From positions 258-64,257 of the forward strand of contig JAFGEK010000079.1 in assembly GCA_016931625.1 (NCBI GenBank): a DNA stretch of 64,000 nt. Reading direction: 5' to 3'. Positions 1 to 9,332 of the stretch are shown here, one piece after another. A program made the translations under genes and the position numbers. Source of the DNA: Deltaproteobacteria bacterium (lineage in GTDB: Bacteria; Myxococcota; XYA12-FULL-58-9; JAFGEK01). How positions within the stretch are numbered: position 1 is the first letter of the stretch; each line of letters opens with the position of its first letter. The notes below the pieces were generated by a model that was given only the letters and a program-made list of their open reading frames with translations, was not told the origin of the DNA and made no database searches.

Positions 1-1509
1 GATTTAATAATTTATGAGTTACATATTGGAACATTTACTAAAGAAGGCACATTTGCTGCAACTATCGATCGTCTGCATTATATTAAAGAATTAGGTATTA
101 CCGCAGTTGAAATCATGCCAGTAGCTGAATTTCCAGGTGGACGTAATTGGGGATACGATGGTGTACATTTGTATGCACCGCAATCAACATATGGAGGTCC
201 TGAAGGGTTTAAACAATTAATCGATGCCTGTCATAAACAGGGATTAGCAGTAATTTTAGATGTTGTTTACAATCATCTCGGCCCTGAAGGCAATTATCTT
301 AACGAATATGCACCATTTTTTACCAAACGTTATCATACCCCATGGGGTGCCGCATTAAATTTCGATGATGCTGAGTCAGATGGAGTTAGAAGATATTTTA
401 TTGATAATGCGCTATATTGGTTGACTGAATATCATGTAGATGCATTTCGTCTTGATGCGGTTCATGGAATTTTTGATTTTTCGGCACTACATATTCTTGA
501 GGAGCTAAATAGCGCCGTTCATAATGAAGCTAAAAAATTAGGCAGATTAGTACATGTAATAGCAGAGAGTGATCTTAACGATGTAAGAATTATACGTTCA
601 AATCATTTTGGCGGTTATGGCCTTGATGCTCAATGGAGTGATGATTTTCATCATTCATTACATTCATATTTAACCAATACCCAAAGAGGTTATTTTATTG
701 ATTTTGGTAAATTAGCACATTTAAAAAAGTCGATAGAATCTGGTTATGTATACGATGGTAAAAAATCAGCTTATCGTAAACGACGACATGGTAACTCATC
801 AAAGGAAGAACCTGGAAATAAATTTGTAGTGTTTACTCAAAATCATGATCAAGTTGCTAACGGCTCTGGCGGAGTAAGAATTTCAAATTTAATTACTTTC
901 GAGCAGCAAAAACTAGCAGCTACATTATTGTTTTGTGTTCCTTACTTGCCGATGTTGTTTCAAGGGCAAGAATATGGTGAACAGGCGCCATTTATATATT
1001 TTACTAGTCATAGCGATGCAGAATTAGTTGCAGCAGTGCGAAAAGGTAGACATGAAGAGTTTTTAGCTTTTAATTGGCAGACTGATTTTGCTGATCCACA
1101 AGCAGAAACAACTTTTCAGCAATCAAAACTTAATTGGTCGTTATGCAACAAAGCGCCACACTCATACATTTTAAAATTATATCAAGATCTTATAAAATTA
1201 AGAAAAAAATATTGTTTTTTAAATAACTGTCGTAAAGATATGGTTGAGGTAAAAATTAATGAAGAAGAATCATGGATGCAAATATGGCGAAGCCAACCTA
1301 ACGGACAAAATGGATTAGCAGTATTTAATTTTAATATAAAAGCGCAAGATATTAAGTTAAATAATAATTTGTTTACTAATCAAAAAGTAATATTATATAC
1401 TGAAACTATATTATATGGCGGTAATATATCAGATTTAAATAAATTGGTTAATAATATTGATGTATTGAAATTAGCTCCTTATAGCGCCGTAATTTTTAGT
1501 AATCATTAA
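1..1509 (+). CDS. treZ: GH13 alpha-amylase-family enzyme, malto-oligosyltrehalose trehalohydrolase-like (5' partial; frame open from base 1)
   Basis: The reading frame continues upstream of the listed Met back to base 1 (DLIIYELHIGTFTKEGTF...). Conserved GH13 blocks are present: AVILDVVYNHLGPEGNY, FRLDAVHGI, ESDLND, and QNHDQ near the C-terminus. Overall TreZ-like layout. Confidence 0.7.
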   Translation, partial: DLIIYELHIGTFTKEGTFAATIDRLHYIKELGITAVEIMPVAEFPGGRNWGYDGVHLYAPQSTYGGPEGFKQLIDACHKQGLAVILDVVYNHLGPEGNYLNEYAPFFTKRYHTPWGAALNFDDAESDGVRRYFIDNALYWLTEYHVDAFRLDAVHGIFDFSALHILEELNSAVHNEAKKLGRLVHVIAESDLNDVRIIRSNHFGGYGLDAQWSDDFHHSLHSYLTNTQRGYFIDFGKLAHLKKSIESGYVYDGKKSAYRKRRHGNSSKEEPGNKFVVFTQNHDQVANGSGGVRISNLITFEQQKLAATLLFCVPYLPMLFQGQEYGEQAPFIYFTSHSDAELVAAVRKGRHEEFLAFNWQTDFADPQAETTFQQSKLNWSLCNKAPHSYILKLYQDLIKLRKKYCFLNNCRKDMVEVKINEEESWMQIWRSQPNGQNGLAVFNFNIKAQDIKLNNNLFTNQKVILYTETILYGGNISDLNKLVNNIDVLKLAPYSAVIFSNH

Positions 1510-1529
1510 AATCTTGGTCAGAGGTTATA

Positions 1530-2735
1530 ATGACTGATTTAATTATCCATGGGCATTTTTATCAACCACCGCGAGAAAATCCTTGGACAGGGTTAATCGA
1601 TCGAGAACCAAGTGCATATCCATATCATGATTGGAATGAACGTATTCATGCTGAATGTTATCGTGCCAACGCATTTGCAAGAGTATTAAATCAATATGGT
1701 CGTATCGAAAATCTGGTTAACAATTATGCATATTTAAGTTTTAATTTTGGCCCAACTTTACTGTCATGGATAGCTCGTAATGACAGCGAAACTTATAATC
1801 GTATAATTGCCGCAGATCGTTGGAGTGTAAAAGCAAACCACGGCCATGGTAATGCTATTGCTCAAGCATATAACCATATTATTCTACCATTAGCCAACAA
1901 ACGCGATCGACTTACTCAAATACGATGGGGTATTACTGATTTTAAATATCGTTTTGGTCGTCAGCCAGAATCATTATGGCTATCTGAAACGGCATGCAAC
2001 GATGAAACTTTAGGTGATCTTATAGATGAGGGCTTAAAATTTCTAATTCTATCACCAAATCAAGCTGAACGTATTAGACCAATAGAGGCAAAAGAGTGGC
2101 AATCAGTTACAGAGGGCAATATTGACCCTGGAGTCGCTTATAAATATTTTCATCGTGATGGCTCAGGTCGTTCAATAGCACTATTTTTCTATGATGGCCC
2201 AATAGCCCGCTCAATTGCTTTTGAAGGGACGCTAATATCTAGTCAATCATTAGTGAACCGTCTGGCTCAGGCTCACGGTGGCGATGGCCGAGTTGTGCAT
2301 ATTGCAACAGATGGTGAAAGCTATGGCCATCATACTCATTTTGGTGAACGTGGTATTGCTTATGCATTGCTTGATGAAGCACCAAAACAAGGTTTTAATA
2401 TTACCAACTATGGTAGTTACCTTGAGCGTAATCCTCCAACAATAGAGGTAGAGATAAAAACAGGCCCAAACGGTGAAGGTACAGCATGGAGTTGTGCCCA
2501 TGGTGTTGGACGCTGGTGTCGTGATTGTGGATGTCAAACAGGTGGAAGAGAAGATTGGAATCAAGCATGGCGTGCTCCCTTGCGGCAAGCTTTAGATTAT
2601 TTACGCGATGAAATAACAAATATATTTGAACAATTGGGCTACGAATATTTTATTGATCCTTGGGTAGCGCGTGATAAATATATAGAAATAATGCTTGAAA
2701 GACCAATAGATACTTCTTTTAGTGAAGTAAATTAA
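1530..2735 (+). CDS. glycoside hydrolase family 57 protein (alpha-glucan processing)
   Basis: N-terminal HGHFYQPPRE block and DGESYGHH block, both typical of GH57. Located 20 nt downstream of the treZ-like gene on the same strand. Confidence 0.7.
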   Translation: MTDLIIHGHFYQPPRENPWTGLIDREPSAYPYHDWNERIHAECYRANAFARVLNQYGRIENLVNNYAYLSFNFGPTLLSWIARNDSETYNRIIAADRWSVKANHGHGNAIAQAYNHIILPLANKRDRLTQIRWGITDFKYRFGRQPESLWLSETACNDETLGDLIDEGLKFLILSPNQAERIRPIEAKEWQSVTEGNIDPGVAYKYFHRDGSGRSIALFFYDGPIARSIAFEGTLISSQSLVNRLAQAHGGDGRVVHIATDGESYGHHTHFGERGIAYALLDEAPKQGFNITNYGSYLERNPPTIEVEIKTGPNGEGTAWSCAHGVGRWCRDCGCQTGGREDWNQAWRAPLRQALDYLRDEITNIFEQLGYEYFIDPWVARDKYIEIMLERPIDTSFSEVN

Positions 2736-2751
2736 TTTTAAAATTAAATGT

Positions 2752-4341
2752 TTAGCTAATATCCAATTCTATATTACGATCGATTAAACGCAAATTCAAA
2801 GCTTCACTAAGATCACAAGCTTCTATATGTTCGCGTTGTTCTAAATCAGCAATTGTTCTTGCAACTTTAATCATTCGTACAGCAGTACGTGATGATAAAC
2901 CATTAATATCAACAGCACGTTCAAGCACTGCGAGTGCTTTGTTATTTAATGGTACAAAATCATTAAGTTCTCGTTCAGTCATTGTTGAATTTGTACGACC
3001 TGAACCGAGTCTTTTTTCTTGTATACTGCGAGCTGTAATAATGCGAGAACGTAAATCACGGCTACTCTCGCCAGATACACGTTTAGAAAAATCACGATAC
3101 GGAACAGCATCAACATTGACATGTAAATCTATTCTATCAAGTAACGGTCCTGAGATACGAGCACGATATCGTTGAATCTGGTCGAAAGAACATACACATA
3201 CATTTTGGTTACTATGAGAAAGTGGAGAATTATTATTTGGTGAAGAAGGAGGGTTAATTTGAAAACGACCGCAAGGGCATGGATTCATTGCGGCTATTAG
3301 CAAGACACGCGCTGGAAAAACTAGTGATCGAGCGGCGCGAGAAATATGGATGGCTCCTTCTTCAAGTGGCTCGCGTAAAGATTCAAGCGCACGGCGAGAA
3401 AACTCGGGGAGTTCATCAAGAAATAATACACCTCGGTGGGCAAGAGTTACTTCACCTGGTTTAGGAACTGAACCACCACCACAAAGAGCTGCATCACTGG
3501 CGGTATGATGTGGTGATCGAAAAGGCCGCTCACAAATTAAATAATTACCTGATGCTAATTTGCCAGCAGCAGAGTGAATTCGTGTTACTTCAATACGCTC
3601 TGGATTAGTTAATGGTGGCAGTAGGGCAGGCAAACGACGAGCAAGCATGGTTTTACCACTACCAGGTGGACCGATTAATAAGAGATTGTGATTGCCAGCA
3701 GCGGCAATAATAAGCGCGCGCTTTGCTTGTTTTTGTCCTTTAACTTCAGATAGACAATTTTCATAAGTTATATTCAAATTATTTGAAACGGTAGTGTTTG
3801 TCGCCGGTATATGATTTTGATTACAAATATGATCAATAACATCTTGCAAACAATGAGCGCCTAATACTGATATACCATCAATCACTGCTGCTTCAGTAGC
3901 ATTACTTGCAGGAACGAAAATCTCTTTATCACCCATACGATGAGCAAGATCAGCGATAAGCACAGCACCGCGAACTGGTTCAAGAGCGCCGCCAAGTGAT
4001 AACTCACCGAAAAATCTTCGGCCAGCTAATGCAGATGCTGGAATAATTTCGAGTGCAGCTAACAGCGACATCGCCAGCGCGAGATCGATGGCACTGGCAT
4101 CTTTTTCGAGTTCAGCAGGAAGTAAATTAACCACCAAACGATGGGAACCAATGTGTATATCGCTTGCAGTAATTGCTGAACGCACTCGCACCGCAGCTTC
4201 ACAGACAGCACCGCGTGCTAAACCAATAACCGTCATACATGGTAAACCATTTGCACGATGTGCTTCGACAATTATTTCATGTGCGTCAACCCCGATAATG
4301 GTGCCAGTGGCAGCACGAGCAAGCATATAAATTACCCCCAT
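2752..4341 (-). CDS. comM: YifB/ComM-family Mg-chelatase-like AAA+ ATPase
   Basis: Lon-like N-terminal domain, Walker A GPPGSGKT, FLDELPEF Walker B region, and a CPCG zinc-ribbon segment characteristic of ComM/YifB. Confidence 0.85.
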   Translation of the reverse strand: MGVIYMLARAATGTIIGVDAHEIIVEAHRANGLPCMTVIGLARGAVCEAAVRVRSAITASDIHIGSHRLVVNLLPAELEKDASAIDLALAMSLLAALEIIPASALAGRRFFGELSLGGALEPVRGAVLIADLAHRMGDKEIFVPASNATEAAVIDGISVLGAHCLQDVIDHICNQNHIPATNTTVSNNLNITYENCLSEVKGQKQAKRALIIAAAGNHNLLLIGPPGSGKTMLARRLPALLPPLTNPERIEVTRIHSAAGKLASGNYLICERPFRSPHHTASDAALCGGGSVPKPGEVTLAHRGVLFLDELPEFSRRALESLREPLEEGAIHISRAARSLVFPARVLLIAAMNPCPCGRFQINPPSSPNNNSPLSHSNQNVCVCSFDQIQRYRARISGPLLDRIDLHVNVDAVPYRDFSKRVSGESSRDLRSRIITARSIQEKRLGSGRTNSTMTERELNDFVPLNNKALAVLERAVDINGLSSRTAVRMIKVARTIADLEQREHIEACDLSEALNLRLIDRNIELDIS

Positions 4342-4496
4342 TTTTAAGTGTTATTTATTCATTTGGTTTTCAACAAAGGTTGAGCAATGACTTGTGAGCA
4401 AAAATAAGGCCAATACTAACTGTCTAAAAATACGTTGTTTTAGTTGTAGCTAGGTAAGCAATGTAGCAATTTGCGACACTTTTTTTGAAGATTTTA

Positions 4497-4588
4497 AAAT
4501 TAGCTATCAAAGTAGAAGATCAGGGATAAACTTCCCAAGCCGTAGCAATACCAAGTTGGCCTTGGTAATTATCACCAAAGCAGTAGGG
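4497..4588. repeat. 92 bp direct repeat, copy 1 of 2 (about 90 percent identical to 9241-9332); corresponds to the 3' end of an RCC1-repeat gene
   Basis: aaattagctatcaaagtaga...gggataaacttcccaagccgtagcaataccaagttggccttggtaattatcaccaaagcagtagg matches 9241-9332 with a few mismatches. Confidence 0.85.
4520..4588 (-). pseudogene. orphan 3' fragment of an RCC1-repeat gene (last roughly 22 codons plus stop)
   Basis: The minus-strand translation reads ...PYCFGDNYQGQLGIATAWEVYP*. This is nearly identical to the C-terminus of the 9264-13085 gene (...EAYCFGDNYQGQLGNATAWEVYP*). An in-frame stop lies immediately upstream, so there is no gene body. Confidence 0.75.
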
Positions 4589-4594
4589 TTATAA

Positions 4595-4826
4595 ATTAGT
4601 TTAGTAATAATCGTCTTGCAAACCCTAAATTATTAGGCCAATAGTGGCAAAAGCAATGAGCAAAACATCACCTATAATATTAGATACGGCTAAGTTAGAG
4701 TTGCTAAAGCCCCCTGCGCAGCAACAACTGGCCGCCATTATTGAGTTATATGCTGCCTGCCCATTGGTTGAATATTTAATGTTGTTTGGCAGTTATGCGC
4801 GTGGTGACTTTGTTATTGATGAAAAA
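4595..4826. repeat. roughly 233 bp direct repeat, copy 1 of 2 (promoter/leader plus first roughly 60 codons of the nucleotidyltransferase gene); about 93 percent identical to 6255-6488
   Basis: attagtttagtaataatcgtcttgcaaaccctaaattattaggccaatagtggcaaaagcaatgagcaaaa... is shared by both copies. Homology ends at gatgaaaaa (4826 / 6488). Confidence 0.85.
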
Positions 4827-4883
4827 CTAAAACAACAAACTACTACTGAAAAATTATTTATGCTGTGCTGGAGTATCAAGTGA
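4644..4883 (+). pseudogene. truncated N-terminal fragment (roughly 60 aa) of the nucleotidyltransferase gene duplicated at 6305-7552
   Basis: MAKAMSKTSPIILDTAKLELLKP...LFGSYARGDFVIDEK matches the N-terminus of the 415 aa protein. It then diverges into a short nonsense tail that overlaps the Fic start codon at 4865. Confidence 0.75.
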
Positions 4884-6004
4884 CAAAAAACAATAAAAGC
4901 AACGCTTGGCAGCCATGTTATGAAATTACACCTAATATAGCTAAGTTGCTTATGTCTATTGCCACTATTAAAAGTGAGGTTGAGCATTTAACATTATCGC
5001 TAGTGCTTACCTCTAAGTTGCGGCAACAAGCCAAAATACGCTCAACCCATTATTCAACAAGAATCGAAGGCAATCGTTTAACATTAGCAGAGGCCACACA
5101 GGTGGTTAAACAAGGTAAAATAACTTTTCGTGGTCGTGAGCGCGACGTACGTGAAGTGCGCAATTACTGGAACGCGCTACTTAAAGTTGAGCAATGGGCG
5201 CGTGAACGTAGAATTATAAGCGAAAAGTTACTTCGTGACCTACATGCGTTAGTAGAAATTGGACCACGTGCTCGACCGACACCATATCGCGATGGCCAAA
5301 ACGTAATTAGTGACGCAGTTTCAGGTGCTATAGTGTACTTGCCTCCAGAAGCAAAAGATGTACCTGATCTCATGGCTGGTTTGGTGAAATGGATAAAAGA
5401 AGCCGAGCGAGCTAATATACCAATGCCTTTAATAGCTGGTTTAGCTCATTACCAATTTGTAACCATCCACCCATACTTTGATGGCAATGGACGCACCGCA
5501 CGATTACTTGCGACTTTTATTTTGCAACGCGGTGGTTTTGGCCTTAATGGATACTACTCACTTGAAGAACATCACGCTCGCGATTTGTCAGGCTATTATC
5601 AGGCTCTGGCTGTTCATCCACATCACAACTATTACGAAGGTAGAGCGCAGGCAGATCTAACTTTATGGCTTGAATACTTTATAGCTAAGTTGGCTGACAC
5701 CTTTGCCGCGGTAAAAACTGAGGCCAATCGTCTAACCCAGCACGGTGTTAGCACTATTCCTAAAGGGTTACAAAAACTCGATCAACGCGCCAAAGTAGTA
5801 ATTAGTTTATTTGTCGATGCTGATCATATCACAACCTCAGAGGTGGCGCAGGTATTGGGGCTGTCAGAACGTATGGCGCGATTGTTACTTGCTGATTGGG
5901 TAAATGCTGGTTGGCTGGTAATTGTCGAAGCATCACGCCGTAAGCGCAACTATAAGTTATCGGCAAAATATCGGAAATTTATCGGCAAGCCATCGGCAAA
6001 ATAA
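4865..6004 (+). CDS. Fic/Doc-family protein (putative AMPylating toxin) with N-terminal inhibitory-helix motif and C-terminal winged-helix domain
   Basis: Fic motif HPYFDGNGRTARLL. Upstream STRIEGN fits the [ST]xxxE[GN] auto-inhibition motif. The C-terminal ...SEVAQVLGLSERMARLLL... looks like a wHTH. Confidence 0.85.
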   Translation: MLEYQVTKNNKSNAWQPCYEITPNIAKLLMSIATIKSEVEHLTLSLVLTSKLRQQAKIRSTHYSTRIEGNRLTLAEATQVVKQGKITFRGRERDVREVRNYWNALLKVEQWARERRIISEKLLRDLHALVEIGPRARPTPYRDGQNVISDAVSGAIVYLPPEAKDVPDLMAGLVKWIKEAERANIPMPLIAGLAHYQFVTIHPYFDGNGRTARLLATFILQRGGFGLNGYYSLEEHHARDLSGYYQALAVHPHHNYYEGRAQADLTLWLEYFIAKLADTFAAVKTEANRLTQHGVSTIPKGLQKLDQRAKVVISLFVDADHITTSEVAQVLGLSERMARLLLADWVNAGWLVIVEASRRKRNYKLSAKYRKFIGKPSAK

Positions 6005-6254
6005 CGGTAATAATTTAAAAACAACGCGTTATAGGATGATTAAATAATTCTCGCGTAACTTCTTAATGAGTGCTTGCGAAGCATGGGTGTCATACCGAGT
6101 GCATTGAGAGATCTTACAATGAACATTAAAATAAAGAATCTTATCTGCGCTCTTAAATAACAAGTCTGCTTGCGTTTGTGCCACGATTTATTGAGAAGTT
6201 ACATACTCGCCTAGCTAGCATTTTATGGTTTTGCTCTGCAACATTAGAGTTATG

Positions 6255-6488
6255 CATTAGTTTAGTAATAATCGTCTTGCAAACCCTAAATTATTAGGCC
6301 AATAGTGGCAAAAGCAATGAGCAAAAAAGCACCTATAATATTAGATACGGCTAGGTTAGAGTTGCTAAAGCCCACTGCGCAGCAAAAACTGGCCGCCATT
6401 ATTGAGTTATATGCTGCCTACCCATTGGTTGAATATCTGATGTTGTTTGGCAGTTATGCGCGTGGTGACTTTGTTATTGATGAAAAAA
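6255..6488. repeat. roughly 233 bp direct repeat, copy 2 of 2 (promoter plus 5' end of the intact nucleotidyltransferase gene)
   Basis: See the 4595-4826 entry. Confidence 0.85.
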
Positions 6489-7552
6489 CCGGTTACCGCT
6501 CGGACTTTGATTTGCTTATTGTCACTCAAGCCGCCACTAATAAAGATGAAGACAGAATCTTTTTTGACCTTGAAGAGCAAGCACGTTTAATTACCGGTGA
6601 AACACCTTTATCAATAATTCGACATCATATTGCTGAACTAAATCGCGAAATACGCTCAGGGCAATTCTTTTTTGCCGAGATTGTGCGCGAAGGCATAACG
6701 CTTTATGACACCCATCATGTAAAAATAGCTAAGCCCAAGGCAGCTACTCCACAAGAACGCTTTGAGTTGAGCCGTCGCTATTTTTGCACTTGGTTTGCCA
6801 GCGCTAATGCTTTGTGGATTGTTTCACACAACATAACTTTTGCTGAGCGGCGCATGGCCGCCTTTTTGCAACACCAAGCTGCCGAGCGTTATTTTCATGC
6901 GGTGACTTTGGTGTTTGAAGGCTATAAACATCAAACGCATAATTTAGAATTTTTGGCCAAACGTGCTGAGCTATATCATGAATTATTGCAACCAGCTTTA
7001 GCGCGTAGTGAGCCGCACGATAAACATATATTTAATTTATTACGCCGCGCCTATATCGAGGCCCGCTATAATATGGGCTATGATGTAACGCAAGCTGAGC
7101 TTGATGAATTCAGTATACGCGTGCGTGACTTAGCCAACCGGGTGCATCGTGCTTGCAGTGAAAAACTAGCTTCGTATTTTGGTGGTGAGGCTATTGGCGA
7201 GTTGCCACTCGTGCCGAGCAAAGCTGATGTAAAAATATTGCCGCAACCGCCACCAGAATTTATTGACAATGGAGACTTTAAAATTTGGCAACAACTAGCC
7301 GAAAATTTTGCCAAGCAAGTTGGTGATGAGCGTGAGGCTCAAGGTGAGGCGAGGGGCCATGCCGCTGGCAAAGAAGAAGGGATTTTAGAAGGCCAAGCGC
7401 GGGCAATTATCGATATATTAAAACGAAGAGATATAAAAGTAGATGATGCTATGGCCGCGCAAATATTAAACTGCCGCGATGCTAACTTGTTAGCTAAATA
7501 TTGGGAGCGCGCGTTTGTGGTGGGGTCGGTTGATGAGATGTTGGGTGATTAA
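6305..7552 (+). CDS. three-part fusion: minimal nucleotidyltransferase (Pol-beta fold), HEPN-like helical domain, and C-terminal DUF4351-like domain
   Basis: NTase motif LFGSYARGDF...DFDLLIV. The central helical region has an R/H-rich motif (LLRRAYIEARYN), which I tentatively read as HEPN-like. The C-terminus GEARGHAAGKEEGILEGQARAIIDILKRRDIKVDDAMAAQILNCRDANLLAKYWERAFVVGSVDEML resembles the DUF4351 tail of Rpn/YhgA-like recombination-promoting nucleases. Confidence 0.65.
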   Translation: MAKAMSKKAPIILDTARLELLKPTAQQKLAAIIELYAAYPLVEYLMLFGSYARGDFVIDEKTGYRSDFDLLIVTQAATNKDEDRIFFDLEEQARLITGETPLSIIRHHIAELNREIRSGQFFFAEIVREGITLYDTHHVKIAKPKAATPQERFELSRRYFCTWFASANALWIVSHNITFAERRMAAFLQHQAAERYFHAVTLVFEGYKHQTHNLEFLAKRAELYHELLQPALARSEPHDKHIFNLLRRAYIEARYNMGYDVTQAELDEFSIRVRDLANRVHRACSEKLASYFGGEAIGELPLVPSKADVKILPQPPPEFIDNGDFKIWQQLAENFAKQVGDEREAQGEARGHAAGKEEGILEGQARAIIDILKRRDIKVDDAMAAQILNCRDANLLAKYWERAFVVGSVDEMLGD

Positions 7553-7677
7553 TTAGATACTAGAACTGTATCTTTAATAAGTCAGAAGCTTTTTCATATT
7601 CTAGAAACAGACACATTAAGTAATAGTAAACCATCGCTAAGACTATTATTTTCAAAAATAGGAATAGAAACAGTATA

Positions 7678-8850
7678 TTATTTATTGCTTTCAATTCTAT
7701 ACAATTTATCATTTTGCGATAATTTCACAATGATATATTCATCTTTTTTTAATTCATCTGGTAATTTGTCCTTCAAGATCGAGGCAACAAATTGAATATT
7801 TTTTGATTTAACAAGTTTGCCTATCATGACTAGTTGATTGTCATGCATTAGTTCTTTTTTATCGTTAAGTAAAAAATGCATGCAAGGAATATTTTCTTCA
7901 TCAGCAAAAAGTGTATAGGCAATATCAAAACAAGATATCTCCCCCTGCTTTTTGCCAGAGCTAAAATTAGCATTGAAAGCGGTGAACTCATAAAGGCGTT
8001 GCCCATTTTTTAATGTCTTCTGATCTGCCTTAAGTGCATATTTTTCGCCGTAAAGTTCATAGGAGACAGCTGAAAAATGTCTATTAAATTTATTAACCTG
8101 TTGTTTAATCTTTTCGGCGAATTCATCTGAAAAAAGGCCATCATCGATTTTATTTAGAGTTTGTTTGAGGGTGTATAGTTTATCTTCAACAGTTTTTAAT
8201 TGACTTAATATATGTTCATATTCGCCCATTTTTTGATATTTGAGATTAAGTTCTCCAATCATTGTTTCAAGAACTTCAAATGAGTCTGATTTTGTAACAA
8301 TAGCGCTGAGCCGGGTTTCTTCATCAATGAGATTATTTAATTGACTACGTTTGTTTTTAATATCTATCGCAATATTGGGTAACTCTTGCGCAATGAATTT
8401 TCGCTTCGATTCTACCATTTGGTTATGAAAATTGCATAGTTCTTTAAAAGTCTTCTGAACTTTATCTACAAGAGAAGTCGCTTGAAAATAGATTTGCTTA
8501 AGCTGTTGCTGATCAATATTGGCAACACTTGCCTATAGCTCACTCTGTGCCTCTAAAATTAATTCTTTTCTTAAGTCTAATCTGCTTATTTCTGATGATG
8601 TTATATTAATCTGATATTTAATTTTGTTAAGATTGTTTAGGTCAGATTCAAATGTGGGGTTGAGATTGAGAGCTGCTTTCTGGCTTTCTAAATCTTCAAT
8701 TTCTCCTTGCAAAAGCGCCAATGCAGTTTCATATGCTGCTTTTGTTTGTTCAGCTTCTAGGCGTTTTTTAAATTTTAATTCAACATCAATACTTGCTCGC
8801 AACTCTTGCTTGATATCGCCTTGGGCAAAATCGCAACCCAATAAAAACAA
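7678..8850 (-). pseudogene. N-terminally truncated gene for a DUF2326-like SMC/ABC-type ATPase (coiled coil plus C-terminal ABC lobe), interrupted by an in-frame TAG
   Basis: ORFs 8533-8850 and 7678-8418 are in the same frame, separated by a single amber codon at 8533-8535. The product is coiled-coil rich, then has SSGKKQGE (signature-like) and HFLLNDKKE (Walker B-like). Only about 400 nt lie upstream before the next gene, so the Walker A half is absent. Confidence 0.55.
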
Positions 8851-9240
8851 ATACAGAGTTTCGTATTCATCATCTCGCGTATATCTATCAAGGTTTTTAA
8901 GGGTGTTGTTGATATCAAGGTGATTACAGGTGACACCGTCTTAAAAACAAATAAAACATATTTTCTTTTAATCTTTACAACAAGTTATGGCTTATTTTGC
9001 AAAAACAATGTCCCCAATACTGCCTATCTTAAAATGTAAACTGCAATTAGTCGCTATTTATGTAGATGGCTAATTTCCTAAGTAGCAACTATTAAGTAAT
9101 ACTTAATAGTTCAAATTGAGGAATAATACATGGTAAAACGACTCTCACCGATCAAAGTAAAAACGACTTAAACCACATAGTATTCACCCATCATACCATG
9201 ACAATTTATTGCCTCTTATAATTAACTTTTTTAATTTTTT

Positions 9241-9332
9241 AAATTAGCTATCAAAGTAGACAATTAGGGATAAACTTCCCAAGCCGTAGCATTACCAAGT
9301 TGACCTTGGTAATTATCGCCGAAGCAGTAGGC
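9241..9332. repeat. 92 bp direct repeat, copy 2 of 2 (native 3' end of the RCC1 lipoprotein gene)
   Basis: See the 4497-4588 entry. Confidence 0.85.

Noticed and set aside
2250-2619. ORFs 2250-2588(-) and 2401-2619(-) antisense inside the GH57 gene
   Set aside because: They are fully embedded antisense to a well-supported gene. Their low-complexity Cys/Thr-rich translations are typical of spurious frames in AT-rich DNA.
8624-8923. ORF 8624-8923 (+)
   Set aside because: It is antisense to the DUF2326-like pseudogene remnant, with a Ser/Arg-rich nonsense translation.
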